A DNA stretch of 64,000 nucleotides. It comes from Cenococcum geophilum. Lineage: Eukaryota. Shown here one piece after another: positions 1-9,249 of this stretch; within the stretch, counting starts at the first letter, position 1, and every line of letters starts with the position of its first letter. The stretch lies in contig CP158635.1 in the NCBI GenBank assembly GCA_050273025.1, forward strand, positions 22,568,001 to 22,632,000, in the 5' to 3' direction. The notes beneath the pieces are model-generated. The model made no database searches. It saw nothing but the letters and a program-made list of their open reading frames with translations, and had not been told where the DNA came from. Both the position numbers and the translations under genes were made by a program.

Positions 1-334
1 AAAGTTTCCTATTTGACAGCTTCCAGACTGTATCACAAATCACGTGTGCGTAGTCGGGGCAAATATTTAAATGGAAAACTCCGTAAGTTATTAAGTTCCC
101 CTTTCTATATAAGTTAATATCGACGGGACTTGTCATCTCATCACTCGGGGTTCTGATTTTCATTACTATCTTAGGTAATATGGCTAGAAGGGGCTTCCCA
201 CGTGTGAGGCTTGGATTCAGCTGGAAGTGCGGGGTTGCGGAATTGCTTCATTCAGCTCGGAAGCAATAGATTATATTCTTCTCCATCCGGGACAAGACCC
301 ATCCTTCTCCTTCTACATTGCTACTTACGCAGCC

Positions 335-2314
335 ATGTCAGATCAGACCCAGATTACTTTCACAGGCGATTGGCGTATCACCGTCACAGGACGGAATGCC
401 GCCTGGGCACAGCGGGTGGTCGCCAGCGGTTCAGCAGCCGGCACAAAAATCCTCGCTGGCTATGTCGGCACGACAATGGATGTATATGGCAATGGTCAGG
501 CAGACTGGACTTTATCAATCGACCACAACGACGGCACTCATGGCTGGCAACCGAGCTTCATTCGAGGCCTCTCTACCATTAGTACTAGTCCTTTCCTTTC
601 TTGGACAGTCGAATCGGAGGACAAGACGGAGCCTGGAGGCGACCGCGACTTTGACGACTTGGTGATTCGGCTGGACAAGTTGGGCATGGTTGGTCAGTCC
701 GTGCCGCCTTTTGCAGTCTTACCAGGCAGTCTCCAGGCAATGCCCGAGGGCATATTTGAAGCGACGCTTGGACAGTATCTCATGGCTGTGCGCATTCAGA
801 ACATTTGGACAGTCGCCTGGCCGCCAACCGCCCGGGTGGGACTGAGCGATCGTTGCCGTGCCTGGCTGTCCGCAGGGGGTGTTAGCGTCATCGACAGCTG
901 GAGTGTGAAAGACCAGGAAGCAGTGGGCCAGCAAGTAGTTGGCGGCAGGGCCGTTGTCGGCCGTCTCGAGGCGTGGGCAACGAGGCGCATCTTCTTCAAA
1001 GTCGACGTCTCCCAGGCGGCCATACGAAAGCACCAGGTGGAACTGCAGGTAATGACTGATCAGGGAGCGGAGACAGTTGCCCTCATCAACAAGGCAGCGA
1101 GCGCACCCATGTCAGTTACGCGGACCACATATGACCCGTCCCAGAAGGCATTCATCTCACGATGTGATGTTGGTGTCATGACAGCCTCCATCAAGCAGAT
1201 GGCTGTTGATTTGAACACTTTCAGGCACGCTGTCAGCATCCTACGAAAATTGGACATAGGTGGCGCGGGTGGGGGTGGAGGTGGAGGAGGTCCAGGGGGA
1301 GTTGGAGGAAGCGGTGGTGGAACTAGGGGCTGCAATCAGAGAACGCTCGAATACGTGCGGGCGCAACTGCGAGCCTTTCTTGACGGAAAAGAGGTGGACC
1401 TTTGTGCACTCTGGCGACAGCTCGCCTGCTGCTGTGCCAGCGGTGGGACAGGTGGTGGAGGAGGAGGCGACAACACGAGTCCAGGCGGAGATTGGACGGG
1501 CACACCGGACCCAGGCCTCACCATTTTCCTCTTCCCGACCGAGGTTGACTACTCTGTCGAGTACAACCAACCCTTCGAGGGCCAGTACGGCCCCATCCCG
1601 TTCCAGGACCCGTGGTGGAAGCTCCTATTAATCATTGTCGCCCTCATCCTAACCCTTGCTGCGGCAGTGTCAGGCGGTGCGGACCTCGCGAATGCAGGCT
1701 ATAACGATGTAATCGGCACATTGGCGCATCGGGTGTTGAATGCCACGGCGGAGAAACCGGACCCCCCGCCGCCAGAGGAAGCTGGCTCTGTAGATATTGC
1801 GGTTGTGACTCTGAATGGCAGTCGTGGTCTTACGCCTGCTATCTTTACTGTCTTGGATGCGGCGTCTGGCGACGTGTCGACAAATCCTATTCAGGCGCTT
1901 GACAGTCAGATTGACACGCCCGGAACAATCCTCACTAATGCACAGATAGCGGCAATGATACAGAATCTCGCAGAGAACCCTGGCGATCCCGCGGCGGAGG
2001 ACGCCTTCCGTGTTTTCAAGTCCGGCGCGCGAAGCGGAACCACCTCTGGCACACTCGTCGGAACTCTAGTGCCTCTCCACTCGCGTAAAGAGGACGACGA
2101 CGGCAGCAAAATATGGTTTAAAAATCAACTCAACATCAAGCCAAACGATACAGGGGATCCCGTTAGCTGTAAAGGGGACTCGGGCTCGCTCTGGTTCCAG
2201 AGGTCGAGTCTTGCAGTCATCGGTCTGAATCACGCAGGGTTCGAGGATGGTAGCAGCGCGACCGCTTGTCGAATAGAGGATGCACTCGCGGCTGTGGGAG
2301 CTCGGTTCGCGTAG
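335..2314 (+). CDS. 659-aa intronless protein: N-terminal LecB/DUF4114-like acidic Ca-binding motif domain, uncharacterised central domain with Gly-rich linkers, one hydrophobic helix, then the C-terminal part (Asp + Ser) of a Nal1/trypsin-like serine protease
   Basis: Long open frame; first ATG at 335 in GCAGCCATG context. Motifs: SEDKTEPGGDRDFDDLVIRL (~614-673); YGPIPFQDPWWKLLLIIVALILTLAAAVS (~1586-1672); NDVIGTL (~1703); VDIAVV (Asp codon 1793); VFKSGARSGTTSG (~2012-2050); FKNQLNI; SCKGDSGSLW (Ser codon 2180); VIGLNHAG; ACRIEDAL. No canonical S/T-N-x-H-V His motif. Confidence 0.9.
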   Translation: MSDQTQITFTGDWRITVTGRNAAWAQRVVASGSAAGTKILAGYVGTTMDVYGNGQADWTLSIDHNDGTHGWQPSFIRGLSTISTSPFLSWTVESEDKTEPGGDRDFDDLVIRLDKLGMVGQSVPPFAVLPGSLQAMPEGIFEATLGQYLMAVRIQNIWTVAWPPTARVGLSDRCRAWLSAGGVSVIDSWSVKDQEAVGQQVVGGRAVVGRLEAWATRRIFFKVDVSQAAIRKHQVELQVMTDQGAETVALINKAASAPMSVTRTTYDPSQKAFISRCDVGVMTASIKQMAVDLNTFRHAVSILRKLDIGGAGGGGGGGGPGGVGGSGGGTRGCNQRTLEYVRAQLRAFLDGKEVDLCALWRQLACCCASGGTGGGGGGDNTSPGGDWTGTPDPGLTIFLFPTEVDYSVEYNQPFEGQYGPIPFQDPWWKLLLIIVALILTLAAAVSGGADLANAGYNDVIGTLAHRVLNATAEKPDPPPPEEAGSVDIAVVTLNGSRGLTPAIFTVLDAASGDVSTNPIQALDSQIDTPGTILTNAQIAAMIQNLAENPGDPAAEDAFRVFKSGARSGTTSGTLVGTLVPLHSRKEDDDGSKIWFKNQLNIKPNDTGDPVSCKGDSGSLWFQRSSLAVIGLNHAGFEDGSSATACRIEDALAAVGARFA

Positions 2315-2806
2315 AGAATGTGGTGACATGTGTTGTGGCAGATAACAGATATGAGATATGAACTGAACGGGCATGTAGTTACAGTTTCCCAATCTACTAG
2401 TACTTAGTCTTGGCTGCAATGGTTTAATGCTCAATGCCATGGACACAAATAACTAGATATGCAGAAAGAAATGTGTAGAGGTCACTAGAGACTGATGAAC
2501 CGTAGTATGCATCGCAAGAGGCTCGAGCCAAGGGAGACCAGCTCTTTGCCATACAAACCTAGATGTTTCAAACAGCTACCAATTGACAAAAAAAGTGGTC
2601 ATCACATCTTCTGAAGAAGAACATAAATTGTGACCGTCAAGTTGACAAATAATGACAGAGCTGAACTTCGCTTCTGTCGGGACTTGGCAATTACTCAAGG
2701 CTGAGGACTGAAAAGCGGGGAAAGCAGCCCTGTCCTGAAGCTGAAAGACCACGGAGCGCTTGATTCTGTTCTTCACACAAACATATTGCCTTGCACTGTG
2801 AGCATA

Positions 2807-4555
2807 ATGGCGACCTCACAATCACGGAGGCCACTCCAGGACGTGGCTTATGCAGAGTCACAACGGCTCGCTGCCGACCCGAACATTGTATCGGTCGGGG
2901 TCGGTCTGAAGTTGGTCGGGGGTAAGCCGACAATGGTGGCCTCGCTCCATTACTACGTCTGGGAAAAACTCACCGGGGCGGATGAAATCAGAGAGCGTGG
3001 CAGCGAACACATACAGAATGAAGTAGGAGGCTACAAGACAGATGTGGTGCAGATGAGGAGTTCACGCCGGCTCAACTGTCCTACCAACAAACGGCCGACT
3101 GGTCAGCGCGGAGAACAGCGCGAGGCACCGCTCGTTGGCGGAACATCCACCTCTATCCTGACAGGACTCCACAACTTCGCTATGAGTTGGGGGACCCTTG
3201 GTGGAATCTGCTTTGATGCTGGAAGTAATGCATCCATGGCCATCTCCAACGCCCATGTTTGGGACGGCGACATCGGCGACGATGTGATTCAACCCTTTCC
3301 ATCAAAACGGGATTACGTCGGTGGCACAATCGAATGGCTCGCCTGCGGTGGGCCGCTGTCGCACATCTTGACTTGGACGGCTCCAAGTCCCACGACTGCA
3401 ATTCTGACTAGCGCCGCAGCAGCCGCCTGGGTCGCTGCTGCTGCATCGGATGCTGAGGATCCAACTCGATGGGGACAGAGGACTGGTCCGGTTCCGCGCC
3501 CGGGTGTAAAGACGATTCGGGAACGTATTCACATCGACGCCCCGCTCCCACGACTTCCGTTTGCTGGGCGGCATTGGGAAAGCAAAGCGACCTGGGGCTA
3601 TACACGCGACACGACTGCCGGCTCCAGCAGCGTGGAGACCACCGAGGTGCGGCCAAATGAGCACGTCCTGGTCGGCAAGCGAGTCTTCACTCATCGCGAA
3701 GTGTACAGCCCCGGTGCCACGGTCAACATTTGCTCGCAGATTTGGACCCCAGCCGGCGACAAAGACCCTGAGCGCTTCGTCGTCGCGCATAGCTTTCCAA
3801 TCAAGAGTCCCGAGCGTGTCATACAGCGAGTGCTCCATCCCGGAACAGCGTGCGCAGATATCGATAAGAGGCTTGACTACAACCGCAAACCGCTCTGTGT
3901 GCGTGGCTTCAAGCACCAGCTCGAGGGCGTGGCAGCCGTGAACTTCCCCATTCTCGCGGCTCCATTTATTCTCATTGGCGAGGATTCATCCGTTTTACTC
4001 GATCCCGGACCGGACAACCCCACGGACGTCACCGCCCTGCGCCTGCCCGACCGTATTCTGGCCTTCGCTTGTCCGCCCTCGACACACATCGAGCTGACCG
4101 TCTTCCATCGCGGATCCCCAGTCCGCGCGAGAGCCATCAGTGCCAATGGCGCAACCGTCTCCGAGGAAGCGACCCCATCTGATGCGAACGTGGTGCACAA
4201 GTTGCGCCTATCAGGGCCCGAGATCATCCGAGTCGAGCTCGCTCCTGGCAGATCCAAGAGCTATCTGGCCGGGATTTGCGCTGACAAGCACATGATCGAC
4301 GTAAGAAAGTGGAAAGGTGTTTCGAATTACTACGGTGGAAGCTTCCGGCTTCCTCTCAGGGAACCAGACGGCAAATGGGCAGTGGTTGTCGTGAGTCAGT
4401 CGCTGGACAACACGCCGACTAACGGTAATCCGATAACTGCAGCACGGAGGCTGGGGGGAATCATGGACTCGGCCAATGTCACAGAGACGGGTGAGTGTGT
4501 CTGCGAGGTTCTGTTTGACGCCACGTTCGATGTGGAGACAGTGGAACTGTTGTAA
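2807..4555 (+). CDS. 582-aa intronless protein: Nal1-type N-terminal domain plus the N-terminal (His) part of a trypsin-like protease, an Ala-rich hydrophobic segment, then an uncharacterised beta-rich C-terminal region
   Basis: ATG at 2807 in CATAATGG context. RLAADPNIVSVGVGLKLVGGKPT...YVWEK...VGGYKTDVVQM matches the Nal1-like N-domain pattern (PNV.GVG.G.K...G..T...V..K...G..TDV.E). Then EAPLVGGTS, WGTLGGIC (3188-), AISNAHVW (His codon 3254), IGDDVIQP (~3272-3295), AILTSAAAAAWVAAAASDAEDPTRWGQ. No GDSG motif anywhere. Confidence 0.9.
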   Translation: MATSQSRRPLQDVAYAESQRLAADPNIVSVGVGLKLVGGKPTMVASLHYYVWEKLTGADEIRERGSEHIQNEVGGYKTDVVQMRSSRRLNCPTNKRPTGQRGEQREAPLVGGTSTSILTGLHNFAMSWGTLGGICFDAGSNASMAISNAHVWDGDIGDDVIQPFPSKRDYVGGTIEWLACGGPLSHILTWTAPSPTTAILTSAAAAAWVAAAASDAEDPTRWGQRTGPVPRPGVKTIRERIHIDAPLPRLPFAGRHWESKATWGYTRDTTAGSSSVETTEVRPNEHVLVGKRVFTHREVYSPGATVNICSQIWTPAGDKDPERFVVAHSFPIKSPERVIQRVLHPGTACADIDKRLDYNRKPLCVRGFKHQLEGVAAVNFPILAAPFILIGEDSSVLLDPGPDNPTDVTALRLPDRILAFACPPSTHIELTVFHRGSPVRARAISANGATVSEEATPSDANVVHKLRLSGPEIIRVELAPGRSKSYLAGICADKHMIDVRKWKGVSNYYGGSFRLPLREPDGKWAVVVVSQSLDNTPTNGNPITAARRLGGIMDSANVTETGECVCEVLFDATFDVETVELL

Positions 4556-4904
4556 AGAGTAGCTGGCGGAGGCAAAATCGAGACATGATGTGACGAACTT
4601 CCATTGTTGCGTCTTTCTTCCTAGTTCTTGTTTTCTCTATTTAATTAAGTAGCCCAGTTGCAGAGGTCATACTGTCCCAAATTACCCCTGAGGGGCCTGT
4701 TGACTGGAATGCTCTAACAATGGACATCATTCCCAAAGACTTCGTGATAGTTGAATTGTGGTTCTAGTTCTGAGGTCATGATATTATCTATAGGACAATG
4801 AAATGATCTTTGACGAGTCGATGCACTATCGCAGGTCCGTCTCCTGGTTATCCATATCTTGTGAAGGGCTCAAACTGCTGTTAAGGGAGGCCTGAGGGTT
4901 CCTA

Positions 4905-5410
4905 GTGAGGAAGGCTCAGAGGATTAATCCGGATGACGAAGGCCTCGTTGTTACGATCCTGGCTTTCTTAATCAATGAACCATACTTCCCACGTCTGATC
5001 AGCACACAGCAGGAGTTCTGGAACAACTTTCCGGTCCTTCAGAGGTACTTCTTGAACCATCCCACAGTCAAATCCACCGTCTCCTGGCGGCTATTCTTCA
5101 AAACGCTGAAATGATCTCTTGTGACAATGGAACTGATGCATAAAGACGCCAAATACGATGGACCTATAAAGGTCCGCGATGTCAGCCGTTGGCCACTTGA
5201 CTCCATAGCGGTCCAGTTCCTTTTGATAACAGCATCTGCGTATTCGATTGAGGAGGAATTGGCGAAGGTAGCGAAACAAGCGTCTTTTGCAACACATCCG
5301 CTGACTTCTCCAAAGCACACACTGTTTACTTACAACAAGACGGGGCCTGACATAGACGATCTCAGGGCAGATATTAGGGCAAATGTATACAAGTCTGAGT
5401 TTTCAGTCTT
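4905..5410 (+). pseudogene. Probable gene relic of unknown product, cut off by the Fot1-like remnant
   Basis: ORFs 4905..5114 and 5121..5513 are in the same frame, separated by a single TGA (5112-5114). No convincing ATG start. The 3' part of the second ORF is actually antisense transposase sequence. Confidence 0.35.
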
Positions 5411-5836
5411 TAGTGAAGGTACAAACTTTATTCGCACAGGATTTCCGAGGTCAGACATCAGTTTCAAAAACTCTTTGAGGGCTTTCTCTTCCGACGGAGT
5501 GAGATATTGTTAGCTCTGGGCCTTCTGTTCTTTCGAGCGTCGCCCCTGTGCACGATAATGGAGGGTAGAGAGAGGGACATTCCTACGTTTTGATATGGCA
5601 TCGTATATTCGAGGCTCTCCCGGCAGAAAGCCCTCTGCAAGGGCTTCACTGGCGCGGTCGCTCATGCTAACTTACTGCGATGATAGAGATGGAGAGGCAG
5701 CAATGAACGAGTGGGAGGGCGCCAGCGAGGGTAGGCACGTGGCTGCTTATGGAAAGTTCTAGAAGAACGCCACACTTTGTGGCCCTGGCTGCAGAGCCAC
5801 AGGCTTGGCCGGACTTTGGATATGGTTCATTACGTA
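5411..5836 (-). mobile_element. Truncated Fot1/pogo-type (Tc1-mariner superfamily) DNA transposon: 5' end and N-terminal HTH of the transposase
   Basis: Minus strand from ATG 5665: MSDRASEALAEG...YDAISKRRNVPLSTLHYRAQGRRSKEQKAQS*QYLTPSEEKALKEFLKLMSDLGNPVRIKFVPSL, typical of fungal Fot1-like transposase N-termini. One CAA->TAA stop. Similarity ends near 5411. TACGTA and TTGGCCGGAC TIR-like motifs at ~5804-5836. Confidence 0.8.
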
Positions 5837-7103
5837 AGAAATTACACTGTAAATAATTGTGCGGAGTTAGGGATTTGATTAGAAGTATCAACCGTCACGC
5901 CGACACTGCATGAATTTGCGCCACACGGCAGCCACAAGGCTGGCGATAACTTCTCAGTAGTTCTGAAGGACTCAGAGGCTTGGATAAGGATAATTTATAA
6001 GTTTTAACAACGGTAAAAGCTTAATAGTGGTGCTGTGGTGGAGGAGTTCTGTTGTGCCATAAAATAAGGCTCTCTGTAAACTAGGCGCGACGATAATAAT
6101 ACGAATATAATTTTCTAGGTAGCCGGGTCAGGAGTGTTTAGGAGTGGTTACAGTATATAACTAATACAAAACTTTAAAAACTTTCGATATTTATACAGAG
6201 TCTAAATTGCTTAAAGTTAAGGTACCTATTATTTTTCTCGCCACAAGGGGTTTCTCGGTACGCAGGGACGGACGTTACCAAGTAATTGAGAATATGGGAA
6301 GAAAAGTAGGGAAGTAAAATGAGCAGGCTTCCGAGATTGTATGGAGGATGCTCATATTTTAAAAAATTAAGTCATTGCGTGGCTCTGCCGATTGGCTCAA
6401 CACCACGCTTTAGCACCTTTTTGAGCCGTACTCTACAGCCTCCTTCTAATTGGATATACTACTGGCGCTCTTAGAGCTCCAGAGCCTTAAGATCCACTCC
6501 GCGCCACTAGTAAAATCAACGGATCCACAGCCAATATAGGTTAGCTCCAACTATCCACGCCAAAAAGGATCCGATCTAAATAGATCACTAATTATACGGT
6601 AAAAATTAATTATCCCCTTACGTAACTGCGATAGATAGATACGCGATTAACAAGTTTTAAACCTGTTAATCGTTGCGCCTTTAATACTAAGAAGCCTTGG
6701 CAAGCGCCTAACTAGCTTATTTAGGGTTAGCTTAAGCAGCAAACGTATACTCTCTTACACTACTTCTTACGCTAATCTCAATTTATTAGTGGTAGGTTTA
6801 GGAGGTAGATTAAAATAAGGTCACTATAAGGTGCTAAATTTTTATTTTAATGTTTTAAAGGCCATAAGGTTATAACCACATTGCTTTAAAAATGTTTTAT
6901 ACCTAGATTAAATACTAGTATAAATAAATAAGCAGTAGATAATTGTAAAGGCTTAGTTAAAAGAATAGAATTTATTAGTAGCTAGTGAACTAGAATTTTA
7001 AGACAAGGACTAGAAGAAGGTCAAGGAAAGGACACGTCTATATATATGGCGCTAAGGCTTAGCCGAGCCCCTAACTAGGGTCTATAACAGTGCCGTAACA
7101 ATA

Positions 7104-8770
7104 ATGCTTAAAGATAGAATATTAATAAAAGCTAGCGTTAGTAGCGAATCTATAGTCTAAGCTTAAACCTATTAGAGCACAACGATTTATAGTTACTTTT
7201 TAACAACCCACACTACTACCTACTATTAATTCTAACTTTATCTAGTAACTAAGGTCTTTTGCTTCTAAGCGGATTATAACGCCTTAGGTAAGAATAAGCT
7301 CCAATTAAGTATAATAAATAGTACAGCATCTTTTAGCGTTTACATTTTCCTTAAGTTATACTATTACTGCCGGTCCCTGCTGGTTGTAACGTGATTAAAG
7401 TAGTAGCTAATATTTTTTCTATACAAGGCTGGATCCCTTTTATATTTAAAAATCTGTTTCTCCTTTTAATAACAAACTCCTACGCTTACTCTATAGTCAG
7501 GATAAAATAGAACTAAATAAAATTATAGCGATTCTAAAATTTCCCTGTTATGGTTTTAAGCCTTATAGAAATCTACCCTCTTAAAAAGGGATGCCTTAAA
7601 TAGCGTAACACTATACGGAAAGATTTAAGTAAGGGTAACTTTTTAGATTTAGTACAAAGTTACGAAATACTTATAGAAGAATATCTTAGTCTATTAAGCA
7701 GCCTAGAACCGGACCTAGCTTTTAAGGCAATTATAAAAATGTGGATAAAGGGCATTAAACCTATTATAGCTCTATTAGGAAAGCTACCTTAAGCTTTTAA
7801 GTACCTTATCTGCTTCCTTTATAAGTCCTACCGCTCTATTAGCTACTTATATAAAAAGTACTAACACTATAAGTTAGCTTTAAGAGAATGTCTTAGAGAT
7901 TTTACGGCTTACCTTACTTGTTATAATAAAGAATGATTAGAAGAATGGCGAAATATTATAAGCGATAAATATAATAGCGTCGTCTATATAACTTTAGAAG
8001 TTAGAAGACTCTTTTATAGATTAGCCTTATTAGCTAAGGGCAACAAACTAAAGTAAATGTAATTCCTTTACCGATTACTGGGCTTAAAGCAACCATCTAA
8101 AAAGCCTATTGCTTTTTTTTAAGGGATTTCCTACTATAGATATAGAAAGCTAACAAATTGATATAGCATTTGTGATTATACATATTAATCTCTTTTAAGG
8201 GCGACTTACAGATTTATATACTTTTTAACGTTACTTCCTTAAATAGCTTTAAAATTACATTTAACGGGATAACTCTTTATGGAAGAACTTTGGGATATAT
8301 TTAGCCATTATAAATATTACGCCTTTATATCGCCCACTAACTAACTTTATAGGTTCTAGGAGCCTTACGTCCGATCTAGCATTTTTAACCTTAAAAGTCG
8401 TCCTTTGCTATAAAAGAAAAGAGAACGCACTCCCTTATATTTATATCCTCTTATCCTTTTTACTTTACCTAACTACATTAGATAGGGGTGCAATTATCAT
8501 AGATAAGGCCCCTTAGAAGGATATTTATATATTTATTAATAGTTTAAGTTATAATCCTAATTCTTAAGTAGAGCCTAGGCTTAAGAGTGTTAAAGACCTT
8601 TTACTTAAAGATTATATTATATATAGCCAGTTTTAGGCTTAGGAGTATCCTAATAAAAAATGGTTTAAAGTAAGCTATAAGCACGAGATAGTTGTAGAGC
8701 GTTCCTTAATAGAGGTAAGCCGTATTAAACGAATAAGGTAGCTAATTAAAGAAATTGCATTAGTAAGTAT
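7104..8770 (+). pseudogene. RIP-inactivated Est1/SMG5-7-like (TPR, Est1 DNA/RNA-binding domain) gene
   Basis: Frame from 7622: ...KMWIKGIKPIIALLGKLP*AFKYLICFLYKSY...RECLRDF...EEWRNII...EVRRLFYRLALLAKGNKLK*M*FLYRLL, matching fungal Est1-like MWKHGIH...ECLGDL...VGRLYHHLAILA...QQLYYY.RSL. After an intron (CTAAC...TAG, ~8353): ENALPYIYILLSFL...KAP*KDIYIFINSL...LLKDYIIYSQF*A*EY..KWF...RIKRIR*L. The 5' start (ATG 7104) is tentative. Confidence 0.75.
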
Positions 8771-9249
8771 ATAGGCTACTAATAGAATTCTACTAATATA
8801 TTTAGCGTAAACAATAAATACATTACAATAGAATTAGCTAGTGGGTCCCTATAATATCTAGGGGGCGTAGTGCCAAAAAGCAGCATTCTATATAGCTTTA
8901 TACTATGCAAGACAACCTTATATTATCCTAATAATTTATTATACAGCCTTATCCGTTATAACTTCCTTATTATCCTCCTTACTAACCTTATTTCCTAATC
9001 CTTACGGTTAAAAGGTTTTGCCTCCCCTTTATTAATACTATTTTTCTAAAGTATCTATACGTCCTTTAAAATATCCAAAACCCCTAAAGATTTTTCCCAT
9101 TCTTATCCCCTTCTATTTTATTAAAAATGCTATAAATTTATCTCTGGAAGTCTTGTTAAGAATATATTCTATATAATAATCTCTTTCCAAATCGGATTTC
9201 TCTTCTTCTTTACCAGTAAATTCACTTTCCGCTATATAATATTTATCTA

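Noticed and set aside
227..334. 5' extension of gene 1 to the GTG at 227 (and of gene 2 to the TTG at 2786) in the ORF track
   Set aside because: The context is eukaryotic; the first in-frame ATGs at 335 and 2807 have good Kozak-like contexts.
1724..1732. His in GTLAHRV of gene 1 as the catalytic His
   Set aside because: It aligns with the D.IGTL.R strand that follows the His motif in Nal1-like proteases rather than with S/T-N-x-H-V. Not fully excluded without a structure model.
2315..2806. Possibility that genes 1 and 2 are exons of one gene or a frameshifted single protease
   Set aside because: The protease halves are in reversed order (C-half upstream), gene 1 ends with a complete protease C-terminus and stop, and gene 2 starts with a proper N-domain. 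Splicing could not rebuild a linear protease.
211..4257. Many short overlapping or antisense ORFs within genes 1 and 2 (e.g. 3302..3916 -, 1060..1335 -)
   Set aside because: Shadow frames of GC-rich coding DNA with no recognisable motifs.
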